The notes under the pieces are model-generated. The model did not search any database. It was not told the origin of the DNA and was given only the letters and a program-made list of their open reading frames with translations. DNA of 64,000 nucleotides from a virus (taxonomy: Duplodnaviria > Caudoviricetes). The DNA lies in IMG/VR virus record IMGVR_UViG_3300032312_001422, positions 1 to 64,000 of that record. One strand, 5' to 3'. Made by a program: the position numbers and the translations under genes. Below, piece after piece: positions 46,800 to 55,701 of this stretch; the first letter of the stretch is position 1, and every line of letters begins with the position of its first letter.

Positions 46800-47776
46800 T
46801 CATAACAGACAATGTCCCAGATCAAATCAACGGCGTGGTCACAACTTTCACAAACCTGGAAGATCATGCTAGGCGTGATGGGTATAGTGTTGTTTATTGT
46901 CATCCCGGGCAGTTCCCTAATTTTGCTTGCCCTGGTTATCCTGAAGTTCGCTTGTGCTGGCCGCACGGTATCAGTAAGAAAATTAAAGCGATACAGCCAG
47001 ATTATATACACATCGCTACGGAAGGGCCAGTAGGCCTGTTTGCTCGTTGGTGGTGTGAACGCAATCATATACCCTACAATACCAGTTATCACACAGACTT
47101 TCCTGAATTCCTGCGTACCATGTACTGTGTACCAAAAAGTCTAACTTACTGGTACTTGCGTTGGTTTCACAAGAACAGTCATCGTGTGTTGGTTACTACA
47201 CGAACCATTGAGCAAGAATTATCCGGCCGTGGATTTTCTAATCTAGTTGTTTGGACCCGCGGTGTGCGTAGAGATCTAACACCAAGCCAAAAACGTTGTG
47301 AACGTACACGGCCCGTGTTGCTTAATGTAGGACGTGTCAGTGCTGAAAAAGGCCTGGCAGAATTATCCAAGTTGCAAGATGACTACACATTGGTCATTGT
47401 TGGGGATGGCCCATTTATGCCGCAGGCCCGGGAGTTATTGCCCAATGCCAAGTTTGTTGGATATAAATCTGGGCAAGAATTGGTTGATTATTATCACGAT
47501 GCTGATGTGTTTGTATTTCCAAGCCGAGCAGATACTTTTGGCCTAGTCATTATTGAAGCCATGGCGCAGGGCACTCCTGTTGCGGCATTTCCTGTACAAG
47601 GACCTGTGGACATCATTGAAACTGGTGTAAACGGCCACATGGAACAAGATTTAACTGTGGCAGTCAAAAAGTGTTTGACTCTTGATCGTCAACAAGTTAA
47701 AAAATCCAGTCAACGTTGGACTTGGCAAGAGTGTTGGAGTATCTTTAAGGACAATCTAGCAGTAATAAATACTTGA
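46781..47776 (+). CDS. GT4 glycosyltransferase, Agt-like glycolipid synthase
   Basis: TD..P.QINGVVTT, CPGYPEVRL, PD.IHIATEGP.G, YHT.FPE, LRWFH, VGRVSAEK, FVFPS..DTFGLV..EAMA.GTPVAA. Confidence 0.85.
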   Translation: MSKTILIITDNVPDQINGVVTTFTNLEDHARRDGYSVVYCHPGQFPNFACPGYPEVRLCWPHGISKKIKAIQPDYIHIATEGPVGLFARWWCERNHIPYNTSYHTDFPEFLRTMYCVPKSLTYWYLRWFHKNSHRVLVTTRTIEQELSGRGFSNLVVWTRGVRRDLTPSQKRCERTRPVLLNVGRVSAEKGLAELSKLQDDYTLVIVGDGPFMPQARELLPNAKFVGYKSGQELVDYYHDADVFVFPSRADTFGLVIIEAMAQGTPVAAFPVQGPVDIIETGVNGHMEQDLTVAVKKCLTLDRQQVKKSSQRWTWQECWSIFKDNLAVINT

Positions 47777-49791
47777 TGTTCAAAAAAATCTTAACCAGTC
47801 CCTGGACTGCTCTATTAACCCTAACAATCATCGTGGGCTTGCGTGTTGCAGATCCTGTGTTTGTTGAAAGTGTAAGACTACGTTACTTTGACACTCTGGT
47901 TACCAGCAAGGCACCAGAAACAATTGGAGTTAGTGTAGTAAACATAGACGAAAAATCCCTAGAACGATATGGGCAATTTCCTTTTTCTCGCGATGTGTAC
48001 GGTGCTATTATTCGAGACCTTTATAAACGCAATGCCGGGCTTGTTGTGTTTAACGTTCTTACTCCAGACAAAGACCGTATGGGGCAAGACTCTGCGTATG
48101 TACAAGCATTAAAACAATTTCCAACAGTACTTCCCAACATTGGATCAACTGTGTCACGCAATACTCCACGGGTTCCCGGATCGGTTGTAATTGGTCCTTT
48201 TGAGAGACCGTTTATTGTGTATCCTGGTATTATTGCTAACGCACCGGCAATTGAAAATGCCGCCGTTGGTGTGGGCTTGGTAAACACACTTCCAGAAGTT
48301 GATGGTGTTGTGCGTCGTATGCCAATGGTAGCCGATAGCCAAGGTCGACTATATCCCAGTCTAGCAATGGAAGTAATGCGTGTGGCCGCAGGCGACACAA
48401 CATTCCAGGTCAAGATAAATGAGTCAGGCGTTGAGAAAATGCGTATTCCCAAATTTGGAGCCATTACCACAGACAGTCTGAGTCGTATATGGATTGACTG
48501 GAGCTTGACGCCAGAACGGTACAGTTTAATGGACTTGCCCCAAGACTTTGACGGAGAGATTGTCATAGTAGGTGTAAGTGCTCAGGGATTGAGCAATCCG
48601 GTAGCAACTAGTCTGGGTGAAATGTTACCACAAGATTTACAAGCAGCTGTGATAGGCACAGTAATTGCCAATCAAAATCGTCCTGCTATTACACGTCCTG
48701 ATTGGGCAGATGGTGCAGAAATCATGGCTATGGTCATTGCAGGTGTACTATTACTATTTTTAACGAGGTGGATATATGTTGGATTGGGTTCGGTTGTTGT
48801 TATTGCGGGTGCGGCGCTTGTTGGTGCTCATTATGGTTATCTCTATTATGCCTATCTATTTGATGTCACTGCCTTTGTTGGCGCAGTTGTTCTTGTGTCC
48901 CTCCACGCTTACGGAGTTAAGTTTGTCAGCGAATTCTTGCAAAAGCAACAGATAAAGAAACAGTTTGGAAGTTATGTCAATCCTACTATAGTAGAACGAC
49001 TACAACAACATCCTGAACTGATCAAACTAGGTGGAGAAAAGAAGATGTTGAGTGTGGTCATGACAGACATGCGTAACTTTACGGCACTGGGCGAAAGCTA
49101 TGGTGAAGCAGGCGTTGAAGATTTTACAAAAGTAATGAACAGTTATATGACTGCACTAAGTCGTCCTATCTTGAAGAATGACGGCACACTGATCAAGTTT
49201 ATTGGAGATGCCAGTTTACACATACACGGTGCTCCATTAGACGACCCAGATCATGCTTATCGTGCTGTACAAACTGCACTAGAAATGATTGAAGCAGTCA
49301 AAGTATTCAATGATGAACTTGCTGTGTTGGGCAAGCCACCTGTTGGTATGGGTGCTGGTGTCAACACTGGCGAGATTGTTGTGGGCAACATTGGTGCTGA
49401 AAGCAAGTTTGGTTACGATGTCTTGGGCGATCCAGTTAGTCTAGCCGCACGTTTAGAAAGTCAAACCAAAGGCTACGGCGTACTAATGATCATTAGTGAA
49501 AACACGGCTCGGTTAGTTGAAGGTCGCTTTTCACTGTGGGAGTTGGATAATATTGCAGTCAAAGGTAAAACAGAACCTGTGCGTATATTTGCCATACATG
49601 AACCCACAGATGAACACAAAGAATTTTTAAACAATTACTACGGTGGTAGTTGGTCAAAAGCGTTGAAGATGATTCCTGAGTGCAAAAACGCTGCACCTGA
49701 TATGGAGAAATATTATGATGCAATGGCAGACCGACTGGAACAAGGTAGACCCAAAACGTGGAATGGGTATTTTGTGGCTACCAGTAAATAA
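47773..49791 (+). CDS. CHASE2-domain class III adenylate cyclase
   Basis: N-terminal TM, CHASE2 (VNIDEKSL..YGQFPFSR; DGVVRR.P), TM bundle, TDMRNFT, KFIGDA, GNIG...YDVLGD, LAARLE; ATG at 47776. Confidence 0.93.
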   Translation: MMFKKILTSPWTALLTLTIIVGLRVADPVFVESVRLRYFDTLVTSKAPETIGVSVVNIDEKSLERYGQFPFSRDVYGAIIRDLYKRNAGLVVFNVLTPDKDRMGQDSAYVQALKQFPTVLPNIGSTVSRNTPRVPGSVVIGPFERPFIVYPGIIANAPAIENAAVGVGLVNTLPEVDGVVRRMPMVADSQGRLYPSLAMEVMRVAAGDTTFQVKINESGVEKMRIPKFGAITTDSLSRIWIDWSLTPERYSLMDLPQDFDGEIVIVGVSAQGLSNPVATSLGEMLPQDLQAAVIGTVIANQNRPAITRPDWADGAEIMAMVIAGVLLLFLTRWIYVGLGSVVVIAGAALVGAHYGYLYYAYLFDVTAFVGAVVLVSLHAYGVKFVSEFLQKQQIKKQFGSYVNPTIVERLQQHPELIKLGGEKKMLSVVMTDMRNFTALGESYGEAGVEDFTKVMNSYMTALSRPILKNDGTLIKFIGDASLHIHGAPLDDPDHAYRAVQTALEMIEAVKVFNDELAVLGKPPVGMGAGVNTGEIVVGNIGAESKFGYDVLGDPVSLAARLESQTKGYGVLMIISENTARLVEGRFSLWELDNIAVKGKTEPVRIFAIHEPTDEHKEFLNNYYGGSWSKALKMIPECKNAAPDMEKYYDAMADRLEQGRPKTWNGYFVATSK

Positions 49792-49944
49792 TTTTGTAAA
49801 CTGGTATATTGAAACTTGCATGTGGAATTTTATGCAACTATGGGCCTTGCCTTACCAACTACCTGGCAAGATGGGTGAGATTGAAAAATGGACTCAATCT
49901 GTTAGTTTAAACGGAATTAGAAACTCTAACCTTTGCAAGCCCAA

Positions 49945-49973
49945 TTGACTTTTTAATCCGTTTCTGTTATAAT
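49945..49973 (+). promoter_or_regulatory. sigma70-type promoter
   Basis: TTGACT-17-TATAAT. Confidence 0.75.
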
Positions 49974-49979
49974 TAATTT

Positions 49980-51098
49980 ATGTCTGACGTATGTTCTATA
50001 TCCTTTGCACTGGATCCCACTAATACTCCTAGTTTTTTATTAGACTGGGAAATTACCAAACGCTGTAATCTCGATTGCACGTATTGTGGTCCAACAGAAC
50101 ATGACAACACCACAGAACACCCGCCCCTAGCTGAATGTTTACAAAGCATAGACTTTATGTTTGAGTACGTTAGCGAGTATATGCAACACATCAAGCCTAA
50201 TCAACGTAAAGTTATTTTAAATGTGTATGGCGGTGAAAGCCTATTTCACCCAGACATTGTTCAAATACTAGAACAGGTTAGAATCAAATACCGACCCTAT
50301 GCCGACCAATGGTACTTAACCGTTACCTGCACAACCAATGGGGTAGTGGGGGAAAATCAATTTGGAAAGATTGTTCCCCTGGTAGATTACTTTTCAATGA
50401 GTTATCATGCAGAGGGATTACTCAAACAACAAAAATTATATTTTAACAATTTGCTCGCACTAAAACAAGCCAACAAGCCCACCAAAGCAATCATCATGAT
50501 GCATAACACACGCTGGAAAGATAGTGAACGTGCTATTGAATTTTGTAAAGAACACAGCATCAATTATCTGGCCAAAGTAGTAGACACACCTGCAGACAAA
50601 GAATGGAAGTACAACAATACACAACTTGACTACATGAAAATGTTTTGGGTAAGTAAGTCTGAGTTTGACTCTAACAAGAACATGTTGGAGCAAGGACGTG
50701 CCTGTTGCGGCGGACGAAAGTTAAGCACCAATGGAAACTTACGAGAAGCCATTACGTTTGTTCCTAGACAAGGATTTCGTGATTGGTCGTGTAGTGTAAA
50801 CTGGTACTTTTTATTTGTAGAACAGCTTACTGGACAGGTCTATACCAACAAAGATTGTAAAACAAGTACTACAGGACGAGTTGAGCCTCTTGGCACCATC
50901 AACAACTATCGAGAGATTATTGACACAGTTCGACAACAGTTTGCCGCAGGCATGCCTGTTATACGTTGTGTAAAAGATCGTTGTGCTTGCGGATATTGTG
51001 CACCAAAGGCTGAGTCGCCAGCGGAGTTTTTAAACTTGCTTGGCCGCCATGTTGTCGATTTGAGGATTTTTGACAGTGACAAGACCAAATCGATGTAA
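49980..51098 (+). CDS. Radical SAM enzyme with Cys-rich C-terminal (SPASM-like) domain
   Basis: CNLDCTYC, GGES, TTNG, SYH; C-terminal C...C...CACGYC. Confidence 0.9.
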   Translation: MSDVCSISFALDPTNTPSFLLDWEITKRCNLDCTYCGPTEHDNTTEHPPLAECLQSIDFMFEYVSEYMQHIKPNQRKVILNVYGGESLFHPDIVQILEQVRIKYRPYADQWYLTVTCTTNGVVGENQFGKIVPLVDYFSMSYHAEGLLKQQKLYFNNLLALKQANKPTKAIIMMHNTRWKDSERAIEFCKEHSINYLAKVVDTPADKEWKYNNTQLDYMKMFWVSKSEFDSNKNMLEQGRACCGGRKLSTNGNLREAITFVPRQGFRDWSCSVNWYFLFVEQLTGQVYTNKDCKTSTTGRVEPLGTINNYREIIDTVRQQFAAGMPVIRCVKDRCACGYCAPKAESPAEFLNLLGRHVVDLRIFDSDKTKSM

Positions 51099-51770
51099 CA
51101 GTTTAATATAAGTCCAGCCCAAGTCCCATTCCCACTTTTTTACACTGAGTTTTGCACTGGCTGGATCTGCGTGATGATTGTTGTGTAGTTCTTCGCCGCC
51201 GATGAAAAACGCCCAAGGCACAATGTTAGTACTGTAATCTTTGGTCTGTGTGTTGCGATATCCCCACCAATGCCCAAAGCCGTTGACAACACCAGCAGCC
51301 CATAAGGGGATCCAAATCATCTGCCATAGCCAAGGTAACCAACCCCAAGCCCAACCAAATATCATCGAGTTTATAAAGAACATTAGGATTATGCCCACAA
51401 AGTTAAATCTTGTGTAGATATTCCGTTCAACCCAGTCATTGGGTGTACCCGCCCCATAAGATTCAACCATTTGTTTATCTTTGGCAGCATCAGCATAATA
51501 AAAAGCACCACAAAGAAATACCTGCCAAATGCCAAATACGTGTGGGCTATGCGGGTCGCCCTCTGCGTCAGTGAATCTATGATGTTTGCGATGTGTAGCT
51601 ACCCATTGTTTTGTGACCATGCCCGTGGTTAACCACAACCAGAATCGCATGAAATGTTCTACACGAGAATCAAATGTGACACCGCGGTGTGCTTGACTTC
51701 TATGTAGATATAGAGTAACGCAAGCAATGGTGATGTGAGTCATCACCAGAATGTATATTAATAAGCCCAT
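51030..51770 (-). CDS. desA: Fatty acid (acyl-CoA delta-9) desaturase, DesA-like
   Basis: His boxes HRSQAH, HRKHH and HNNHH; GDPHSP. Confidence 0.92.
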   Translation of the reverse strand: MGLLIYILVMTHITIACVTLYLHRSQAHRGVTFDSRVEHFMRFWLWLTTGMVTKQWVATHRKHHRFTDAEGDPHSPHVFGIWQVFLCGAFYYADAAKDKQMVESYGAGTPNDWVERNIYTRFNFVGIILMFFINSMIFGWAWGWLPWLWQMIWIPLWAAGVVNGFGHWWGYRNTQTKDYSTNIVPWAFFIGGEELHNNHHADPASAKLSVKKWEWDLGWTYIKLLHRFGLVTVKNPQIDNMAAKQV

Positions 51771-51782
51771 CTAATACTTATG

Positions 51783-52103
51783 CTATCCGTTACCGCCAGT
51801 GGCTTCTTTGTCGTCGGATGTTTTTTCTATTTTATTGATGGCTTTTTCAGCTTCTACACGCTCGTACTCTATGGTTTTACCGCGTAGGTGTAACACAGTA
51901 TTGACCTTTTGATTCAACCGAATTAGATCGTTGTCCAGCATACGTATGCGGTCAATAAGAGCAATAAGCACAGTATTGGCGTCTGATATAACTGGTTTGA
52001 CTTCTTTTGTGGCCCATTCCCAAACATATTTGATGATGTAACCCATGCCAACTGCCATAACAATGGGAAAGCCATATTTGTTGATTAATGATACAATATC
52101 CAT
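51783..52103 (-). CDS. Small TM plus coiled-coil protein (YvrJ/BhlA-like), paralog A
   Basis: GFPIVMA.G.GY then heptads. Confidence 0.55.
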   Translation of the reverse strand: MDIVSLINKYGFPIVMAVGMGYIIKYVWEWATKEVKPVISDANTVLIALIDRIRMLDNDLIRLNQKVNTVLHLRGKTIEYERVEAEKAINKIEKTSDDKEATGGNG

Positions 52104-52249
52104 TATGCTATCACTCCCACAATAACGCCTGCTATAAATGCTATAAATGCAAATTTGGCTAAATCCATATCAGTCCAAATAGCCCGACCTTTTAAATATT
52201 CTTTTGTTGATGGAGACAAGTTGTCATACCATTGTTGCCATTTATTCAT
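52103..52249 (-). CDS. Small protein with C-terminal TM (48 aa, not in ORF track)
   Basis: MNKWQQWYDNLSPSTKEYLKG...FIAFIAGVIVGVIA; fills the gap with start/stop overlaps. Confidence 0.65.
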   Translation of the reverse strand: MNKWQQWYDNLSPSTKEYLKGRAIWTDMDLAKFAFIAFIAGVIVGVIA

Positions 52250-52430
52250 TGTCGACTCCGTCTCTTAGAAATTTTTCCAATGGATCAACTTTGACCAGCA
52301 TAGCACGACCATTGATGTTTTTGACTTGAAAATAATCGCCGTTGCGCCATCCCAACTTGTCAATGTTGAGCTCGGCATCTAATAATATTCTATTAGGTTC
52401 TAAGTCCCAATCGTAGTCGTAATATTTCAT
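52242..52430 (-). CDS. Small hypothetical protein
   Basis: Operonic. Confidence 0.65.
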   Translation of the reverse strand: MKYYDYDWDLEPNRILLDAELNIDKLGWRNGDYFQVKNINGRAMLVKVDPLEKFLRDGVDNE

Positions 52431-52711
52431 TAATCTCTCCTGGCGTCATTTTTGCCGTCGGCACGAGCAATACGATCTGTATCAGGCTTTAATCCTAATG
52501 CATTAGATACAATAGTGTCTATACGGATAACATCATGATTCATGGTTTTTACACGATTGTCTAAGGCTGTGATAATGCCGGCCATACCTTTGATAGAGGA
52601 CAATACGCCAGCTAATAACAGTTTGATTGTGAGATATACAAAGTAGCCACCAGCGAGTGCGGCAGCAATTGGAAAACCCAGATCTCCGATGATCTTAAAT
52701 GCTTCATTCAT
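52430..52711 (-). CDS. Small TM plus coiled-coil protein (YvrJ/BhlA-like), paralog B
   Basis: GFPIAAA..GGY then heptads; minus-strand TAAATA upstream. Confidence 0.55.
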   Translation of the reverse strand: MNEAFKIIGDLGFPIAAALAGGYFVYLTIKLLLAGVLSSIKGMAGIITALDNRVKTMNHDVIRIDTIVSNALGLKPDTDRIARADGKNDARRD

Positions 52712-52756
52712 ACTAGCTCCTTGAACGTCAACTTGAGTTGATCTATGTACAAGTAT

Positions 52757-53971
52757 TTATTGTTTGAGGCGAGTTTTTACTTCTGTCAAATATTTAGGAG
52801 TTAATTCAAAGCGAGTATGATATCTGCTATGATTGTTTGGGTGCCTACCATTGTTAATGCGGCATAATATATGTTCGAAGTTATCCACTAACTCATCCAC
52901 AATCAAGTCTTTGAATGTGGTATAAAAGTGCGTGAAGTTGTATTCTAATGTTTCTTGCATTTCTTGGTGCATTTGTCTAAGCAACGCCGGAGACATAGCA
53001 CACAGTTTGGCAAGCTCAAATGTAATTTTTTCTATGCGTACATAATGATCTGTTTCTTCATCGTAACTTTCGTCTATCCATCGATCAAATGTGCGAAATC
53101 CGTAACTCTTTAAATAGGCCAAGTTACCTGGCGCGGCCACCAAAAAGAATGGACGTTTTGCCACAATAGGTTTAAACACTTTTTCTGTTAAGTGTAGTTT
53201 ATCTTGGAAATAAACAGTCTCTGTAACCACATGGAACAGGGCACCAGTTAAATCCTTAAAGTTAACTTTTGCACTCATTTCTCCTGTTGGTGCATCGGTA
53301 TCTATAGTCAATGGTTCTACTACATTTTTTAATGTTTGATATATTTTTACTCTAGCACGATTATCTAACGAATTGTCTGAATCTTCAATGGTTTCTTTCC
53401 AGCCCGAATGAAATAGACTGACCTGCCCGTGTTTGATCAAATCCTGTTCTATTAGATTGCTAACGAGATGTAATCGATAGGAACGATATTTTGACGTCAA
53501 ATGATTATAACATATAAATACTTTATCAAATCGATCAAATGATTCAGGTTCAAAATATTGAAAATCTCTGTACCAATCTAATGCTGCGAAACCGTGAAAG
53601 AAATAATACCAATCGTATAAGCGATTAGCTTTAACAAAATTATTTTTTAATTCAGATTTTTCACTGTTAGCAAGTATATTAAGTCGGGCAACTCCGTGAA
53701 AACTATTTTCATTAACTAAAAATGATTTTTTAATAATTGGAAGAGTATATTCGTAATACGGTTCCTGATCAAAGAAATATGCGTGTACCCAGGTTCGGGT
53801 AAATTGACTATTCTGATAATCAAAATCTTGTGTTATTGATGCCGACGAATCGTGTAAAATAGTTCTGTGCTGATACGTTCCAAATGGGTAAAAGTATACG
53901 CTTCGACTATTCCCAAATTGGTTGATCAAGTTGTTATGAAGAATGTTGTAAAATTTGTCTAAGGAAAACAT
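52757..53971 (-). CDS. Putative glycosyltransferase-like protein (EK..KPI family), copy 2
   Basis: HLTEKVFKPIVAKRPF...G.L.YLKSYGFRTF..WIDESYD.E. Confidence 0.5.
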   Translation of the reverse strand: MFSLDKFYNILHNNLINQFGNSRSVYFYPFGTYQHRTILHDSSASITQDFDYQNSQFTRTWVHAYFFDQEPYYEYTLPIIKKSFLVNENSFHGVARLNILANSEKSELKNNFVKANRLYDWYYFFHGFAALDWYRDFQYFEPESFDRFDKVFICYNHLTSKYRSYRLHLVSNLIEQDLIKHGQVSLFHSGWKETIEDSDNSLDNRARVKIYQTLKNVVEPLTIDTDAPTGEMSAKVNFKDLTGALFHVVTETVYFQDKLHLTEKVFKPIVAKRPFFLVAAPGNLAYLKSYGFRTFDRWIDESYDEETDHYVRIEKITFELAKLCAMSPALLRQMHQEMQETLEYNFTHFYTTFKDLIVDELVDNFEHILCRINNGRHPNNHSRYHTRFELTPKYLTEVKTRLKQ

Positions 53972-53974
53972 TAA

Positions 53975-55198
53975 ATGAACGTAGGCTTTATAGGTTGTGG
54001 AAAATTAGGAATGGCTTGTGCTGAAACTATGGCAAGCAAACACGATGTCACTGGTTATGATATTTATCCGGTAAAAAGCGACAAAATAACTATTGCATCC
54101 ACTTTGCAACAGGCAGTGGAAGGCAAAGAGTTGATCTTTATTGCTGTCCAAACTCCGCATGATCCCATCTACGGTGGCGATCAACCAATTACTCATTTAA
54201 AGAACAAAGACTTTGATTATACTGTAGTCAATGATGTATTACGTCAAGTAAATGAATTTGCAACACCTGAGCAGTTAGTAGTTCTTATCTCCACAGTTCT
54301 TCCCGGCACTACACGTAGAGAACTGAAGACAAACATTACCAAGGCACGTTTCATTTATAACCCATACTTAATCGCAATGGGATCAGTAGAGTGGGACATG
54401 GTTAACCCAGAGATGGTTATCATTGGCACTGAAGATGGTAGCGAGACAGGCGATGCTCGCTTATTGACCGACTTCTATAATACATTAATGGAGAACAATC
54501 CACGTTACGTAGTGGGCACGTGGGACGAGGCTGAATGTATCAAGGTATTTTATAATACATTCATCTCGGCAAAGATTGGCCTGGTAAACATGATCCAAGA
54601 CGTAGCTGTCAAACAAGGCAACATCAATGTGGATGTAGTCACTGATGCATTGGCCAATTCAACCATGCGGATTATGGGACCCAAGTACATGACAGCAGGA
54701 ATGGGAGATGCAGGGCCATGTCATCCTAGAGATAACATTGCCTTGCGTTACCTTGCAGAAAACTTGGATCTAGGATATGATATTTTTGATACCATCATGA
54801 AAGCACGTGAGATTCAAGCCAAGAATATGGCACGTTACATTTATGATAACCGTACAGGACTTCCCGTTTACATCCACGGCAAGGCCTATAAACCCGGTGT
54901 GGCTTACCTAGAAGGCAGTTATAGTTTGTTGGTAGGTAGCTATTTGAAACAAATGGGTATAGACCCTTATTATATTGATCCGTTAACCGATCCAGCGACA
55001 GTACCGGCCAGTGTTGTGGGTTGCGTGTTGCTGGCACATAACCAACAGGTAACGTATGGCTATGCCGGTGTTACCGATAGACAACCACTGTATTCTGAAA
55101 TACTCAGTGGTAGTATTGTTATTGATCCATGGCGCAAATATACCACAGACAACAAAGAAATTTGTGTTATACACTACGGCAACACAAGACATCAATGA
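53975..55198 (+). CDS. ugd: UDP-glucose/GDP-mannose 6-dehydrogenase family
   Basis: GFIGCGKLG Rossmann, IAVQTP, STVLPGT, AE.IKV.YN.F.S.KI, GPCHPRD, KP. Confidence 0.85.
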   Translation: MNVGFIGCGKLGMACAETMASKHDVTGYDIYPVKSDKITIASTLQQAVEGKELIFIAVQTPHDPIYGGDQPITHLKNKDFDYTVVNDVLRQVNEFATPEQLVVLISTVLPGTTRRELKTNITKARFIYNPYLIAMGSVEWDMVNPEMVIIGTEDGSETGDARLLTDFYNTLMENNPRYVVGTWDEAECIKVFYNTFISAKIGLVNMIQDVAVKQGNINVDVVTDALANSTMRIMGPKYMTAGMGDAGPCHPRDNIALRYLAENLDLGYDIFDTIMKAREIQAKNMARYIYDNRTGLPVYIHGKAYKPGVAYLEGSYSLLVGSYLKQMGIDPYYIDPLTDPATVPASVVGCVLLAHNQQVTYGYAGVTDRQPLYSEILSGSIVIDPWRKYTTDNKEICVIHYGNTRHQ

Positions 55199-55701
55199 TT
55201 ATAAACTATAATATTGACGTATTTTGGGATGATGAGTATAAACATCTCAACTATCTTGACGAGCCGTATAATGATCCCGCAGCCACACCACTGTGGTTAA
55301 GTCAAGGCTACTCTCCCAAAATCAACGGCGGACTGTGCGACATGCGTCATCCCCAACCAAGCTGGAATCATAAATTTATAAAATTTTACGAAAGCATGGG
55401 ATGGAAAGATATTGGTACAGCATATTATTGTATGAGCACTGGTACAATAATGCCAGTACATCAAGACCACTATAAAAAATATATAAGCGTTTTTAATTTA
55501 CAAGGACAAGAACACACAATACATAGAGCCATTGTTTTTCTTGAAGATTGGGCCAGTGGCCATTACTTTGAAGGTAACAATATAGCCTACACCGGTTGGA
55601 AGGCAGGCGCTGTGGCAGAGTGGTGTTATAATTTACCGCACATGGCTGCAAATATGGGGTTAACTCCTAGATACACACTTCAAATAACAGGTCATAAATG
55701 A
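55195..55701 (+). CDS. 2OG-Fe(II)/cupin-type oxygenase
   Basis: PVHQD (HxD), RAIVFL, PH.AAN.G..PRYTLQITG. Confidence 0.7.
   Translation: MIINYNIDVFWDDEYKHLNYLDEPYNDPAATPLWLSQGYSPKINGGLCDMRHPQPSWNHKFIKFYESMGWKDIGTAYYCMSTGTIMPVHQDHYKKYISVFNLQGQEHTIHRAIVFLEDWASGHYFEGNNIAYTGWKAGAVAEWCYNLPHMAANMGLTPRYTLQITGHK

Noticed and set aside
49715-49948. 77-aa ORF overlapping the cyclase end
   Set aside because: Start is uncertain and there are no motifs; a shorter real gene is possible but unsupported.
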